A stretch of 64,000 nucleotides of DNA from Candidatus Methanosuratincola verstraetei (GCA_049570475.1 CP186953.1:1408001-1472000); one strand, 5' to 3'; positions 18,088 through 28,741 are shown, counted from the first letter of the stretch. Made by a program: numbers and translations. The notes: generated from the sequence alone by a model not told the origin.

Positions 18088-19059
18088 ATGGATCCCTCTC
18101 TTGCGGTCGAGATCACCGGCCTCAGGAAGGTCTTCGGGACCTTCGCTGCTGTGGACGGGCTGGACCTCCGGATAAAGAAGGGAGAGATCTACGGGCTGCT
18201 CGGGCCAAATGGCGCGGGGAAGACAACGACGATCAGGATGATCTGCGGGCTGATGGCGCCCACCTCTGGGGAAATCCTGGTCTGGGGGTACAGGATGCCG
18301 ATGGAGAGGGATGCCCTGATAAGGATCACGGGCTACATGGCGCAGAAGTTCAGCCTCTACGAGGACCTGACAGTGAAGGAGAACCTCGAGTTCTACGGCA
18401 GGCTCTACGGGATCCCGAGGAAGGAGCTTGCAGAGCGGGTCTCAGAGCTCCTCTCCTTCCTCACGCTGGAGGAGTTCTCAGGGAGGCTCGCAGGCAGGCT
18501 CAGCGGGGGCATGAAGCAGCGGCTAGCCCTCGGGGTCGCGCTCATCCACCGCCCCAGGCTCCTGATACTGGACGAGCCGACCGCAGGCGTGGACCCTCCC
18601 ATCAGGAGGATGTTCTGGGAGTACCTGAGGGGGCTGAACAAGGAGTCGGTCACCATACTCGTCACGACCCACTACATGGACGAGGCTGAGAACTGCGACA
18701 GGATCGCCCTCGTCAACAGGGGGAGGGTTGTGGCCGAGGGGACCCCGCGCGATCTGAAGAGGAGGGTCTTCGGCGGAGACCTGGTCGAGGTGACCGTAAG
18801 GGGGCGCGGCGACCCCGCCTCCGCCCTGAGCTTCTGCAGGGTGATCGATCGCCAGGTGGCGGGCGAGGGTGGGCCGGATTGTGCATTGGGATCGGCGGTG
18901 AAGCTGAGGGTTCTCGCCCAAGACGCCCCCCGCGAGATCCCAGCGATGATCAGCGCACTGGAGAGGGCGGGATTCACCGTCCTATCGGCTTCGCCGACCT
19001 ACGTGACGCTCGAGGACGTTTTCATCAGCGTGGTCGAGGGGGCTGGCAGGGTTGCCTGA
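18088..19059 (+). CDS. ABC-2 type exporter ATP-binding subunit
   Basis: GPNGAGKTT, LSGGMKQR, LILDEPT, TTHYMDE. Confidence 0.95.
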   Translation: MDPSLAVEITGLRKVFGTFAAVDGLDLRIKKGEIYGLLGPNGAGKTTTIRMICGLMAPTSGEILVWGYRMPMERDALIRITGYMAQKFSLYEDLTVKENLEFYGRLYGIPRKELAERVSELLSFLTLEEFSGRLAGRLSGGMKQRLALGVALIHRPRLLILDEPTAGVDPPIRRMFWEYLRGLNKESVTILVTTHYMDEAENCDRIALVNRGRVVAEGTPRDLKRRVFGGDLVEVTVRGRGDPASALSFCRVIDRQVAGEGGPDCALGSAVKLRVLAQDAPREIPAMISALERAGFTVLSASPTYVTLEDVFISVVEGAGRVA

Positions 19060-20167
19060 GGGCGCGACGCCGAAGGTGATGGCTGTAGTCAGGAAGGAGC
19101 TGATACAGCTGACGAGGGACCCTAGGTCCCTTGTGATGATCGCGCTGATACCACTCGTCGTGATGCTCCTCTTCGGCATAGGGTACGGCGGATCGACCGG
19201 GAAGGTCGGGATAGTCATCGTGGACATGGACGGGGGGCAGATGGGCACCGCCCTGGTCAGCGCGATCTCAGAGACCCCGACGGTCTCCGTGAAGGCCAAT
19301 GCGCACTCGATCGAGGAGGCGCGCACGATGGTCAGCAAGGGGGTTGCGCCCGCGGCCCTCATCATCCCGGAGGGTTTCACATCCTCCCTGCTGAGCGGGA
19401 GCCCGGTCCGGGTCCTGGTGATCATCGACGAGAGCTCGCCGACGCTCGCTAGCACTGTGAAGGACTCGATGCTCGCGGTCACCTACAACTTCCAGCAGGA
19501 GTTCGCCAGGCAGGTCCACGGGCCTTCGGTCGAGCTGATCTACAACTCTGTGTATGGGCCAACCGTGACCAACTTGGAGGCCTTCACCCCCTTCGTGATA
19601 GCGCTGGTCTTGCAGCTCGTCCCGACGACCCTGATCTCGATCGCGATATGCAGGGAGAAGGAGAAGGGGACGTTCGAGCAGCTCATCATGTCCCCTGTCG
19701 GCAGGCTCGACATAATCTTCGGTAAGCTCGCAGCATACTTCATCGCTACCATCGCTGACATGCTCATCACGCTCTTCGTCGCGATAAACGTCTTCGGGGT
19801 GGTGATCAGGGGATCGATCTTTGACCTATTGCTGATCTCGACGGTATACCTGCTGGGATCGCTGGGGCTCGGGATGCTCATTTCAGTCCTGTCGAGGAAC
19901 CAGCTCCAGGCTAACCAGGCTGCCATTTTCATCTTCATACCCTTCCTGCTATTCTGCGGCGGCCTCGCCCCGGTCGAGCTCCTCTCCCCGCAGGCCGCGG
20001 CGATTGCAAACGTGAACCCCATGTACCACTTCATAATGGCTTTCAGGAGCATAATGATCAAAGGGTACGGGATCCCCCAGCTCCTCCAGCCTGTCGCGGC
20101 CCTCCTAGTTTACATGGGCGCGATGATGTCGATCGCGCCAGCCATATTAAAGTTGAGAGTGGAGTGA
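19052..20167 (+). CDS. ABC-2 type permease (YbhR/S-like)
   Basis: KELIQLTRDPR, REKEKGTFEQL; 6 TM segments plus an extracellular loop; overlaps the ATPase gene. Confidence 0.9.
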   Translation: MPEGATPKVMAVVRKELIQLTRDPRSLVMIALIPLVVMLLFGIGYGGSTGKVGIVIVDMDGGQMGTALVSAISETPTVSVKANAHSIEEARTMVSKGVAPAALIIPEGFTSSLLSGSPVRVLVIIDESSPTLASTVKDSMLAVTYNFQQEFARQVHGPSVELIYNSVYGPTVTNLEAFTPFVIALVLQLVPTTLISIAICREKEKGTFEQLIMSPVGRLDIIFGKLAAYFIATIADMLITLFVAINVFGVVIRGSIFDLLLISTVYLLGSLGLGMLISVLSRNQLQANQAAIFIFIPFLLFCGGLAPVELLSPQAAAIANVNPMYHFIMAFRSIMIKGYGIPQLLQPVAALLVYMGAMMSIAPAILKLRVE

Positions 20168-20173
20168 TCTGCC

Positions 20174-22381
20174 ATGGAATTTGGAGAAAGAAAAAATGCG
20201 GTCTTCCTTCTGCTGCTGTTGATTGCCACGGCGGGATGCTGCCAGGGCGGCACTCAGGTCCTAGCGGCGGCGCACGACTTCGCCATCAAGGACGTCTACT
20301 GGGCAACCCCTTCCTTCCCCGAGAACAGGACGCTGGTCGTGGTCCTCTCATATTGTGGGTCATCGACTGCCGCCTCGTTGAACGCGTCGCTCGACGTCTC
20401 CCAGATTTCCGCCGACGCCCAGACCCAGGCAGTTGAGTCTTCATACAACGGCACCCTAGCCAGCGGCGACACCGTCTACCTCGAATTCGGCTTCAATGTA
20501 TCCTCCTCGGCGGTCGCGGGAAGCTACCTCCTGCCCCTCCGCGTTGAGTACCTGGTGGGGAACACAACTTCATCTTTCGAGTCCAGCGTCAGGGCGGATC
20601 TGAGGGGGAGCCCAGATATAGCGGTGGAGCCGCTGGGCACCACGCTCGTGAAAGGAGGGGTCAATGCGATCCAGATCCTCGTGGAGAACAAGGGGGACGG
20701 CCTCGCGAGGAACGTCAAGGTTGCAGTCCAGAGCCAGGACATCTACCTCACGCTCATCGGATCCAACCGCTTCGACCTCGGCGCGCTACAGCCCGGGGCT
20801 TCTGGGCTGGTCACGCTGGCCCTATTCGCGGAGAACAGCATTGGGGACGGGAGCGCCTTCTCGGTAACAGTGACGTACGACGGGGAGGACGGCACGCCTT
20901 ACACGCGCTCGATCTCGGTAGGGGTGAAGGCTGAGAGCCCGGAGGAGCCCCGCCTGGCCGCATCGGCTGGGACGACCGAGCTCATTGCGGGGGCGGTTAA
21001 CAACGTGACCCTCCTCATTTCGAACAACGGCGGATCCGCCGCAACGGACATCACTGTAAAGGTCACGCCGGTGTCCGACAGGCTGACGCTCATCGGCGCA
21101 AACTCCTTCCATCTGGGCGACCTGGCTCCAGGTCAGTCCACGGGGATCCCGATCCAGCTCTACCTTGACAAGCAGGTCTACGGCTCCCTCCGGCTCTCCG
21201 TCTCGCTCGGGTGCAGCGACTGGAGGAATGCGACTTACGCAGACACAGTCTCCATCGGCTTCATCTCAGCCGATCCCCCGGCGCCGCTCCTCGAAGTCTC
21301 GGCAAACTCATCATCGCTCAGCCCGAACTCAGTCAACCATGTAGCCTTCATAGTCAGGAACATAGGCACAGACTCTGCCCAGAACGTAACGGTCAGCCTC
21401 TTCTCCCAGTCCCCGCAGGTGGCGGTCGTCGTTGGCCCAGGCACATCGAGCGCGTGGGAGATCCCAGCCAACGGGTTCCTGAAGGCCGAGAGGGGCATCT
21501 TTGTCCAGCCCGGCGTCTTCGGGGCGGTCCCGGTGTACGTCCAGGTCCAGTACCGCGACAGGCTTGGCAACTACTACTCATACACGTCGGCGTACGGCTT
21601 TTCGGTGGCGGCAGAGCCTGAGGTGGCAGTCTCAACCGTGAGCACTATCCCATCGCCGGCATTCCCGGGTGACAAGGTGGTGAGGGTGGTCTGCCTGATC
21701 GTCAACAGCGGGAACTACACGGCTGAGAATGTGAGGATAAGGATGGGGGGAATACCCGGCGTGGTGGAGCCTTCCTACGCAGGGACTGACCGGTTCACGA
21801 TCCCATACCTGCAGGTCGGATCCTCGGTTCAGATCCAGTTCCTGGTTGACATAGCTGGAAGTGCCGCCCCGGGATACTATGAGATCCCCATCACGATCGA
21901 GACCGCCTCCGGGAACTCCACGGCATCGATCCCGCTGACGGTGAGGGAGAAGGCGCCTGTCTCAGTCGAAAGGATCTACTTCGACAGGGAGGTCACTCCA
22001 GGCGCCAGGAATGTGAAGGTCTTCGTGCAGCTCTCAAACAACGGAAGCCAGACCGCTGAGCAGCTGCGCCTCTCCCTGGTCTCAGGGTACATCACGGGAT
22101 CCACGTCCACGCTCGTCGGCAGCCTGCCGGGCAACTCCTCAAAGATCGTGATGATGGAGGTCGACGTTGACCAGAAGGTTGCGCCCGGCAGCTTGGGAGT
22201 CGACGTGGAGCTCTCCTGGGTGCAGGACGGGCGCCAGCTGAGCGATACCTCCTACCGCGACCTCCCGATTGCGCCAACCCCTGGCATTTCGCCCCTCTGG
22301 TATGCGGCTGTTGTTGTCCTAGCAGCGATCTTGGCTATCGTCTTCAGGAAGCGCCTCAGCGCAATGGTCAGGCGGCAATGA
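20174..22381 (+). CDS. COG1361-type S-layer/Ig-like repeat surface protein
   Basis: Signal peptide, repeated I-x-N-x-G...A-x-N-V and LG-x-L-x-PG beta-sandwich motifs, C-terminal TM. Confidence 0.82.
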   Translation: MEFGERKNAVFLLLLLIATAGCCQGGTQVLAAAHDFAIKDVYWATPSFPENRTLVVVLSYCGSSTAASLNASLDVSQISADAQTQAVESSYNGTLASGDTVYLEFGFNVSSSAVAGSYLLPLRVEYLVGNTTSSFESSVRADLRGSPDIAVEPLGTTLVKGGVNAIQILVENKGDGLARNVKVAVQSQDIYLTLIGSNRFDLGALQPGASGLVTLALFAENSIGDGSAFSVTVTYDGEDGTPYTRSISVGVKAESPEEPRLAASAGTTELIAGAVNNVTLLISNNGGSAATDITVKVTPVSDRLTLIGANSFHLGDLAPGQSTGIPIQLYLDKQVYGSLRLSVSLGCSDWRNATYADTVSIGFISADPPAPLLEVSANSSSLSPNSVNHVAFIVRNIGTDSAQNVTVSLFSQSPQVAVVVGPGTSSAWEIPANGFLKAERGIFVQPGVFGAVPVYVQVQYRDRLGNYYSYTSAYGFSVAAEPEVAVSTVSTIPSPAFPGDKVVRVVCLIVNSGNYTAENVRIRMGGIPGVVEPSYAGTDRFTIPYLQVGSSVQIQFLVDIAGSAAPGYYEIPITIETASGNSTASIPLTVREKAPVSVERIYFDREVTPGARNVKVFVQLSNNGSQTAEQLRLSLVSGYITGSTSTLVGSLPGNSSKIVMMEVDVDQKVAPGSLGVDVELSWVQDGRQLSDTSYRDLPIAPTPGISPLWYAAVVVLAAILAIVFRKRLSAMVRRQ

Positions 22382-22502
22382 TCGATCCCTGCGCCCGCCC
22401 CCGCCACTTTTTCCCTTCCTTCTTCCTCTCCATCCATCCCTCCCCTCCTTTTCTGCGACCAACCGGCAAGCGTTATTAAATCGCGGGAGACCAGTTTTAG
22501 CC

Positions 22503-22958
22503 ATGCCAGAACAAAATGTGGAACTTCCCGAGTCGGAGTACTCTGAGCGGCCTGGCGCAAGGGGCTTCCTTGTGCTCCTGGCAGCAAAGACCGGTAACTC
22601 TGTGCTGCTCAAAACTCGGAGGGTGCCATTCACTGTGCTTGAGATGTCAGAGGAGTCATTCCCTTCGCTCGGCGCCCCTTTGATCGATGCTGCCCGGATG
22701 ATCCTCGGCAAGACTGTCATCTCGATATCTGACAAGAAGAAGCTTTCAGGGGAGCCTTGGATCGCAAGGTACGGCAAGGCGAGCATATCCGAGGCCCTCA
22801 CCAGCCTGGTTCGGGATCTGTTCAGCGCGCTACCGCCTTCAGAGGGCGCTATCGTCCTCTCGAACCTTGGCACTGGGTGGCGCCTTGTCGGGTACAGGAT
22901 CGGCACATTGGGGATCCCCGAATCGGCTAGGGCGGATCTGAAGCGGATGATCGGTTGA
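22503..22958 (+). CDS. Hypothetical protein
   Basis: 151-aa ORF with an upstream TTATTAAA box and host-like codon usage; no family recognised. Confidence 0.55.
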   Translation: MPEQNVELPESEYSERPGARGFLVLLAAKTGNSVLLKTRRVPFTVLEMSEESFPSLGAPLIDAARMILGKTVISISDKKKLSGEPWIARYGKASISEALTSLVRDLFSALPPSEGAIVLSNLGTGWRLVGYRIGTLGIPESARADLKRMIG

Positions 22959-23046
22959 GTTGATTCAAAAGGGTCGACGCTTCTGGGAAAGCTGATCCAG
23001 CGCGCATCCATGACCTTTTATAAGCAGGCGCGCGCTTGTTATTGCT

Positions 23047-23502
23047 ATGAGTGGACGCATCTGCGGCAAGTGCGGTAGGGCCGTGCCTGGCGACTCATTA
23101 TTCTGCCCGTTCTGCGGATCCCCGGTGCAGCAGGCCCCTCCCCAGACCCAGATCTCGGCGCCGAGAAGGGACCTCGCTGGGCCGCTCTTCGGGGGCGGCG
23201 TCCTAATTGTCCTGGGGCTCTCGTTCTGGCTCGCCACTTCCGGCACGATCTCATGGGCGATATGGTGGGCATACTTCCTCTGTGGCTTGGGGGCTCTGCT
23301 GATCCTGCTCGGCATCAACAATGCAAGGTCTGGCAAAGACTCCGGGCCGATAACGGGAGGGGTCGTAATCCTCGCGATAGGGATCATCGCGATCCTCGCA
23401 TGGAGCTACTCGATCTCCAGCTGGTGGCCGCTTGTCCTGATAGCCCTCGGGCTGTTGGTGATATTCTCCGCGGTGCTGGGCCACAAGATCACGCGCCGCT
23501 GA
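23047..23502 (+). CDS. Zinc-ribbon membrane protein
   Basis: CGKCG...FCPFCG followed by 4 TM helices ending in a WWPLVLIALG LiaF-like motif. Confidence 0.8.
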   Translation: MSGRICGKCGRAVPGDSLFCPFCGSPVQQAPPQTQISAPRRDLAGPLFGGGVLIVLGLSFWLATSGTISWAIWWAYFLCGLGALLILLGINNARSGKDSGPITGGVVILAIGIIAILAWSYSISSWWPLVLIALGLLVIFSAVLGHKITRR

Positions 23503-23620
23503 CTGGGGAACGAACGAAGGCCCTGAACAAGTCTCCATTTTTTCATACAGGCAAGGAATCCGAAAGGGTTATTAGCGATCCATATGATGCTATTCCACTG
23601 TCGAGGGTCTGAAATGGGGG

Positions 23621-25246
23621 ATTGCCAAATCGAACTTTGTTGAGGTCTACGACACGACGCTCCGTGATGGGGCGCAGGGCAAAGACGTGAACTTCTCCCT
23701 CCAGGACAAGCTCAGGATCACCTCAAAGCTGGACGAGTTTGGGGTGTCGTTCATCGAGGGCGGATGGCCAGGGTCGAACCCGAAGGACGAGGAGTACTTC
23801 CGGGCGGTGAGGGACATCCCGCTGGAGAACGCCGAGGTGGTCGCTTTCGGGAGCACGAGGCGCACCTCGGTGAAGGCGGCAGAGGACCAGAACCTGAACG
23901 CGATCGTGGGCAGCGGGGTCAGGACCGCTACGATATTCGGGAAGTCATGGGACCTGCACGTGAGGAGCATACTCAACACGGCGCCAGAGACAAACGTGGA
24001 GATGGTCTACGACTCGGTCAGGTACCTCAGGGATCACGGGCTGCGCGTCATATTTGACGCGGAGCACTTCTACGACGGCTACAAGTCTTCCAAGGATTAC
24101 GCGATCGAAGTCGTGAAGGCTGCCCAGGACGCTGGGGCTGAGACCGTTGTCCTCTGCGACACCAACGGCGGTACGCTGCCTGCAGAGTTTGAGAGGATAA
24201 CCAGGGAAGTAGCCTCTCTCCTGAAGGCCAGGGTCGGCGTTCACTGCCACAACGACTCGGGCACCGCCGTGGCCAACTCCATTCTAGGCGTGCTTGCCGG
24301 GGCCAGGCACGTCCAGGGGACGATCAACGGAATCGGCGAGAGGTGCGGGAACGCTGACCTCTGCCAGATAATCCCTGCCCTCGAGATCAAGATGGGCTTC
24401 TCCACGTCGAGGCTCCCAGCTGGCAGGCTGAGGGGGCTCAAGTCCCTCTCCCTATACGTCTACGAGGTCCTCCACATGAGGCCGGACCCACGCCAGCCCT
24501 ACGTCGGCGAGAATGCATTCGCTCACAAGGGCGGAGTCCATGTCGACGCGGTGATGAAGAACTGCGTGGCTTACGAGCACATAGACCCATCGCTCGTCGG
24601 CAACGTCCGGATCTTCTCGGTCTCCGAGCTCTCTGGCAAGGCTAACATCATGGCAAAGATCAGGGAGTTCGGCCTGCAGGCGGACAAGAACTCGCCCGCG
24701 GTCACAGCCCTGCTGAAGAAGATCAAGGATCTCGAGTACCGCGGTTACCTTCTTGAGGGCGCCGACGCTTCGCTCTACCTGCTAATCGCTAAGGAGCTTG
24801 GGCACTACAGGAAGCTCTTCGAGGTCGTCCAGTGGAGGACGATCAGCGAGTCCCGCAACGGCGGGTTCGCTGCCGAGAGCTCCATCAAGCTCAGGGTCGG
24901 CGACCGCGAACTGTACGTCATCGAGGAGGGGAACGGCCCCGTGAACGCGCAGGACAGGGCCCTCAGGAAGGCGATGTACGGATTCTTCCCCGAGATAGAG
25001 AGGGTACAGCTTGTCAACTACAAGGTCTCAATCGCAGAGACCGCCGAGGGCACCGCCTCCTCGGTGAGGAACTTCGTCGAGTTCTCGGACGGGAGGTCGC
25101 ACTGGGTCACGGTCGGGGTATCCACGAACATACTCGAGGCCAGCAAGGAAGCGCTCGTCGACGGGTACGACTATTACCTCCAGAGGAACAGGATTTCGGG
25201 AACGGGCGATCAATCAGAAAGTGCAATAGGGAGAGATGGGGAATAA
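23621..25246 (+). CDS. cimA: Citramalate synthase (DRE-TIM, alpha-IPM synthase family)
   Basis: DTTLRDGAQG lies in frame upstream of the ORF-track GTG; GGWPGSNPKD, FDAEHF, HCHND, GERCGNA, FAHKGGVH. Start codon is non-standard (see findings). Confidence 0.9.
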   Translation: MAKSNFVEVYDTTLRDGAQGKDVNFSLQDKLRITSKLDEFGVSFIEGGWPGSNPKDEEYFRAVRDIPLENAEVVAFGSTRRTSVKAAEDQNLNAIVGSGVRTATIFGKSWDLHVRSILNTAPETNVEMVYDSVRYLRDHGLRVIFDAEHFYDGYKSSKDYAIEVVKAAQDAGAETVVLCDTNGGTLPAEFERITREVASLLKARVGVHCHNDSGTAVANSILGVLAGARHVQGTINGIGERCGNADLCQIIPALEIKMGFSTSRLPAGRLRGLKSLSLYVYEVLHMRPDPRQPYVGENAFAHKGGVHVDAVMKNCVAYEHIDPSLVGNVRIFSVSELSGKANIMAKIREFGLQADKNSPAVTALLKKIKDLEYRGYLLEGADASLYLLIAKELGHYRKLFEVVQWRTISESRNGGFAAESSIKLRVGDRELYVIEEGNGPVNAQDRALRKAMYGFFPEIERVQLVNYKVSIAETAEGTASSVRNFVEFSDGRSHWVTVGVSTNILEASKEALVDGYDYYLQRNRISGTGDQSESAIGRDGE

Positions 25247-25276
25247 AAAAGGAAAAAGCCGGGGAGGAGACCAGAA

Positions 25277-26461
25277 TCAGAGCTTCCTCGCGAACTCCCT
25301 CCCGAATTCCACGCACCTCTTCAGCTCCTCCTCGGTGGGGACCCAGTTGAGCTTGAGCGCGGGCATCACGATCTCCATCCCTGCAGCCTTCAGCGCAGCC
25401 TCGATCTCGTCGGTCGCGCCGCCCATCCATCCGTAGGACCCGAAAGCCGCGGCCTTTCTCCCCTTCGGCTTGAGCCCCTTAACGTCGGTCAGGAAAGGCG
25501 CCAGGGTCGGGAGTATCCCGTTGTTGATCGTGGATGACCCGACGAGAAGGCCCCTCGCCTCCAAGATGTCACCGATTATGTCGCTGGCGTCCGAGTAAGG
25601 GAACCTGTATATCCTTGCCTCCACCCCCTCGGATCTTATGCCCTCAAGAATCGCCCTGGCCATCTTCTCAGTGCTCCCCCACATGGTGTCGTAGGCTATG
25701 ATCACCCGCTTCTCTGTGGTATTGGTTGCCCACTTCATGTATGCCTGGACTATCTTCATCGGGTCCCTCCGCCAGATGATCCCGTGGCTCGGGGCGATCA
25801 TGTTTATGGGGATTTTCATCCCGACGATCTCCTCGATCTTCTTCTTCACGAGAGGGCCCAGCGGCAGGAGTATGTTCGCGTAGTACTTGGCCGCCTCCTC
25901 CATCAGGACGTGCTGGTCGACCTCGTCGTCGAACCTCCATGAGCTCGCGAGGTGCTGTCCGAACGCGTCGTTCGGCAGTAGCAGCCCGTCCTCCTTGACG
26001 TAAGTGAACATGCTGTCGGGCCAGTGCAGCATCGCAGCCTCGATGAACATCAGCGTCCTCTTACCCAGCTTGAGCTCGTCCCCGGTCTTCACCGTCTGGA
26101 AGTCCATTCTGCAGAAGAAGTGCTTCTCGAGCCCTGACTTGCACTTGGCGGTGCCGAATACCTTTGCGTTCGGGACTATTTTCAGCAGTTCAGGGAGCGC
26201 GCTCGAGTGGTCCGACTCCACATGGTTCATCACGATATAGTCTATCTTGGACGGATCCACCACTTCGCTTATCCTCTCCAGCATCTCCGCCGAGAAGGGT
26301 TTCAACACTGTGTCGACGAGTGCGATCTTCTCGTCAACGATGAGATATGCGTTGTAGCTCGTCCCCCTGTGGGTCGTGTACGAGAAGCCGTGGAAGTTCC
26401 TTATGTCCCAGTCGACCGCCCCGACCCAGTATATCCCGTCTTTCACTTCAATCTTCGACAA
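25277..26461 (-). CDS. fprA: Flavodiiron protein (FprA-type)
   Basis: GTSYNAY, NHVESDHS, LHWPD, NDAFGQH, APSHG, flavodoxin TMWGST and FGSYGW; likely TTG start at 26461. Confidence 0.95.
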   Translation of the reverse strand: MSKIEVKDGIYWVGAVDWDIRNFHGFSYTTHRGTSYNAYLIVDEKIALVDTVLKPFSAEMLERISEVVDPSKIDYIVMNHVESDHSSALPELLKIVPNAKVFGTAKCKSGLEKHFFCRMDFQTVKTGDELKLGKRTLMFIEAAMLHWPDSMFTYVKEDGLLLPNDAFGQHLASSWRFDDEVDQHVLMEEAAKYYANILLPLGPLVKKKIEEIVGMKIPINMIAPSHGIIWRRDPMKIVQAYMKWATNTTEKRVIIAYDTMWGSTEKMARAILEGIRSEGVEARIYRFPYSDASDIIGDILEARGLLVGSSTINNGILPTLAPFLTDVKGLKPKGRKAAAFGSYGWMGGATDEIEAALKAAGMEIVMPALKLNWVPTEEELKRCVEFGREFARKL

Positions 26462-26592
26462 ATCAGATCCCTGCAACCATAATGGGCGCCCGATCTGAAA
26501 TCCTTTTTCCATTCGGCACCAGCGCATTGCATCTTCGAATAAAGTAATATCTAGGGTGCGGGATACTCAGAGTAGGATGGCTGGGAATCGCG

Positions 26593-28131
26593 ATGGTTGA
26601 GGCTCTCTCCCCGGAAGAGATAAGGGCAATAGACATGAATGCCGAGTTCCTCGGCGTGAGCAGGCTCCAGCTGATGGAGAACGCCGGGAAAGGCGTGGTT
26701 GATGTTATTGGTGCTGCGGGGGCACTCTCAGGCAAGTCCGTCCTCGTGCTGGCGCACACCGGCAACAAGGGCGGTGACGGCTTCGTCTCTGCCAGGCACG
26801 CCGCCTCGATGGGCGCCCGGGTGACGGTCGTGCTCCTTGCCAAGCCCGACCAGATCATCACGGAGGAGGCCCGCGCCAATTTCCTTGCGGTCTCGAAGAT
26901 GCGACACTCTATAACCGTCCTCACGGCGCCGACCGAGTCCGAGCTCGCCCTCCTTGAGGGCCTCTTCTGTTCGGCTGACATAATCATCGACGCGATGCTG
27001 GGCACTGGGGCGAGGGGCGTACTGAGGGAGCCTGTGAGGACTGCCGTCAGGATGGCGAACTCGGCGAAGGCGTTGAAGGTCGCGATAGACGTCCCGACGG
27101 GCATCGACTCCGGGACCGGGGAGGTGATGGGGGACGCCTTCAGGGCAGACCTCACGGTCACGCACCATAAGCCGAAGTCCGGCATAGTGAAGGACATCGC
27201 GAGGGGTTATGTGGGCGACCTGAAGACGATAAGCATTGGGGTCCCCCCAGAGGCTGAGATATTCGCCGGACCCGGGGACATATCCCTCGCGCTCCCCCCG
27301 AGGAGGCTCCACTCGCACAAGGGTGAGAACGGGCGCCTGCTCGTGATCGGTGGATCTTCCAGATACACCGGGGCGCCTGCGCTCGCGGCGATGGCAGCGC
27401 TGAGGACAGGGATTGACCTCGCTGTGGTAGCGGTCCCGCGCTCCATCGCACGGGAGGTGAGGTGCTACTCCCCGGACCTGATCGTGCTGCCGCTAAATTC
27501 AGAGGATCACCTCTCTGCGGAGTCAATACCGCAGATATCCGGGGAGATCGCCAGGGCTGACGCGGTCGTGATTGGGATGGGGCTGGGCGAAGATCCGGAG
27601 ACTGCTGATTCCGTCCTCGAGATCGTGGGGCTTCTCTCCAAGGCAGGTGTTCCGGCGGTAATCGACGCCGACGCGATAAAGGCGCTGGGCAGGTCCCCCG
27701 GGGCTGTGCGGGGCACAAAGTCGGTCCTCACGCCCCACGCTGGAGAGTTCCTAGCCCTGACAGGAGTTCGACTCCCGGAGGAGAAGGAGGAGGGGTGGAG
27801 GGACCGCCTCCCGATCGTGATGGAGTGGGCCTCAAAGCTGGGGGTCACGATACTGCTCAAGTCGAGGTACGACGTGGTATCGGACGGCTTCAGGTACAGG
27901 GTGAAGAACATCGGGAACCCTGGCATGACAGTCGGCGGCACCGGCGATGTGCTAGCGGGAGTCACGGGGGCTCTCCTAAGCAGGGGGGCTGAGCCATTCA
28001 GGGCGGCCGTTGCTGCCTCTTTCATAAACTCCTATGCAGGGGACCTGCTCGAGGAGGAGTTGGGGCAGCGGTTCACTGCCCGCGACTTGGTGGATGCCCT
28101 GCCTTATGCACTAAAGAAATTCGGGCACTGA
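26593..28131 (+). CDS. nnr: Bifunctional NAD(P)HX epimerase/dehydratase
   Basis: LMENAG, GNKGGDG, DVPTG, HKGENG, TPHAGE, GGTGDVLAG. Confidence 0.93.
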   Translation: MVEALSPEEIRAIDMNAEFLGVSRLQLMENAGKGVVDVIGAAGALSGKSVLVLAHTGNKGGDGFVSARHAASMGARVTVVLLAKPDQIITEEARANFLAVSKMRHSITVLTAPTESELALLEGLFCSADIIIDAMLGTGARGVLREPVRTAVRMANSAKALKVAIDVPTGIDSGTGEVMGDAFRADLTVTHHKPKSGIVKDIARGYVGDLKTISIGVPPEAEIFAGPGDISLALPPRRLHSHKGENGRLLVIGGSSRYTGAPALAAMAALRTGIDLAVVAVPRSIAREVRCYSPDLIVLPLNSEDHLSAESIPQISGEIARADAVVIGMGLGEDPETADSVLEIVGLLSKAGVPAVIDADAIKALGRSPGAVRGTKSVLTPHAGEFLALTGVRLPEEKEEGWRDRLPIVMEWASKLGVTILLKSRYDVVSDGFRYRVKNIGNPGMTVGGTGDVLAGVTGALLSRGAEPFRAAVAASFINSYAGDLLEEELGQRFTARDLVDALPYALKKFGH

Positions 28132-28279
28132 TTAAATCCTAATCTTTAAGTACCGCCGCTCCGTTAGAAAAAGATTAAAAAGTCTTTAGAAAAATTATTT
28201 TTATTTAAAAAATGATGGTAAAGCTTCCGCCGTACTGATCGTTGTATTAGCTGTGGCATTCAGGTTGAGGTGATGCGAG

Positions 28280-28741
28280 ATTAGCGGGAAGAAAATAACA
28301 CTTACAGCTGCAATCGCAATTGTGATCCTGGTCTTGGGTGGGCTAGCCTATTACGAGTCCATGAAAAGAGAGGCATTAAAGTCATGTGAGGTGAAATTAG
28401 CCGACGTGCATGTGAAGAGCATAGGTCTTGCGAGCGCGACGTTGGAGGTAAGTCTGAGTATATACAACCCTAACAGCATAACTGCCACCCTAGACAGGGT
28501 GACCTACTCACTCTATGCGAATGGCATTTACCTGGGCGACGGGACACTCTCCAGGACCGACATCCCGCCTGGCAGTACAATAACTGTATCAGCGCCATTC
28601 ACACTGTCCTACTCCGGAGCGCTCTCTGTATTATGGTCTCGCTTCACAACGGGAGGGGAAGTGACCTGGAGAGTAAAAGGGACTGCGTACTTCGACACGC
28701 CGTTAGGATCATTAACTACACCGTTTGATATCGTAATATAA
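28280..28741 (+). CDS. LEA type 2 / WHy domain protein with N-terminal anchor
   Basis: YNPN, YSLYANGIYLGDG; N-terminal TM helix is complete only from an in-frame ATT at 28280. Confidence 0.82.
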   Translation: MSGKKITLTAAIAIVILVLGGLAYYESMKREALKSCEVKLADVHVKSIGLASATLEVSLSIYNPNSITATLDRVTYSLYANGIYLGDGTLSRTDIPPGSTITVSAPFTLSYSGALSVLWSRFTTGGEVTWRVKGTAYFDTPLGSLTTPFDIVI

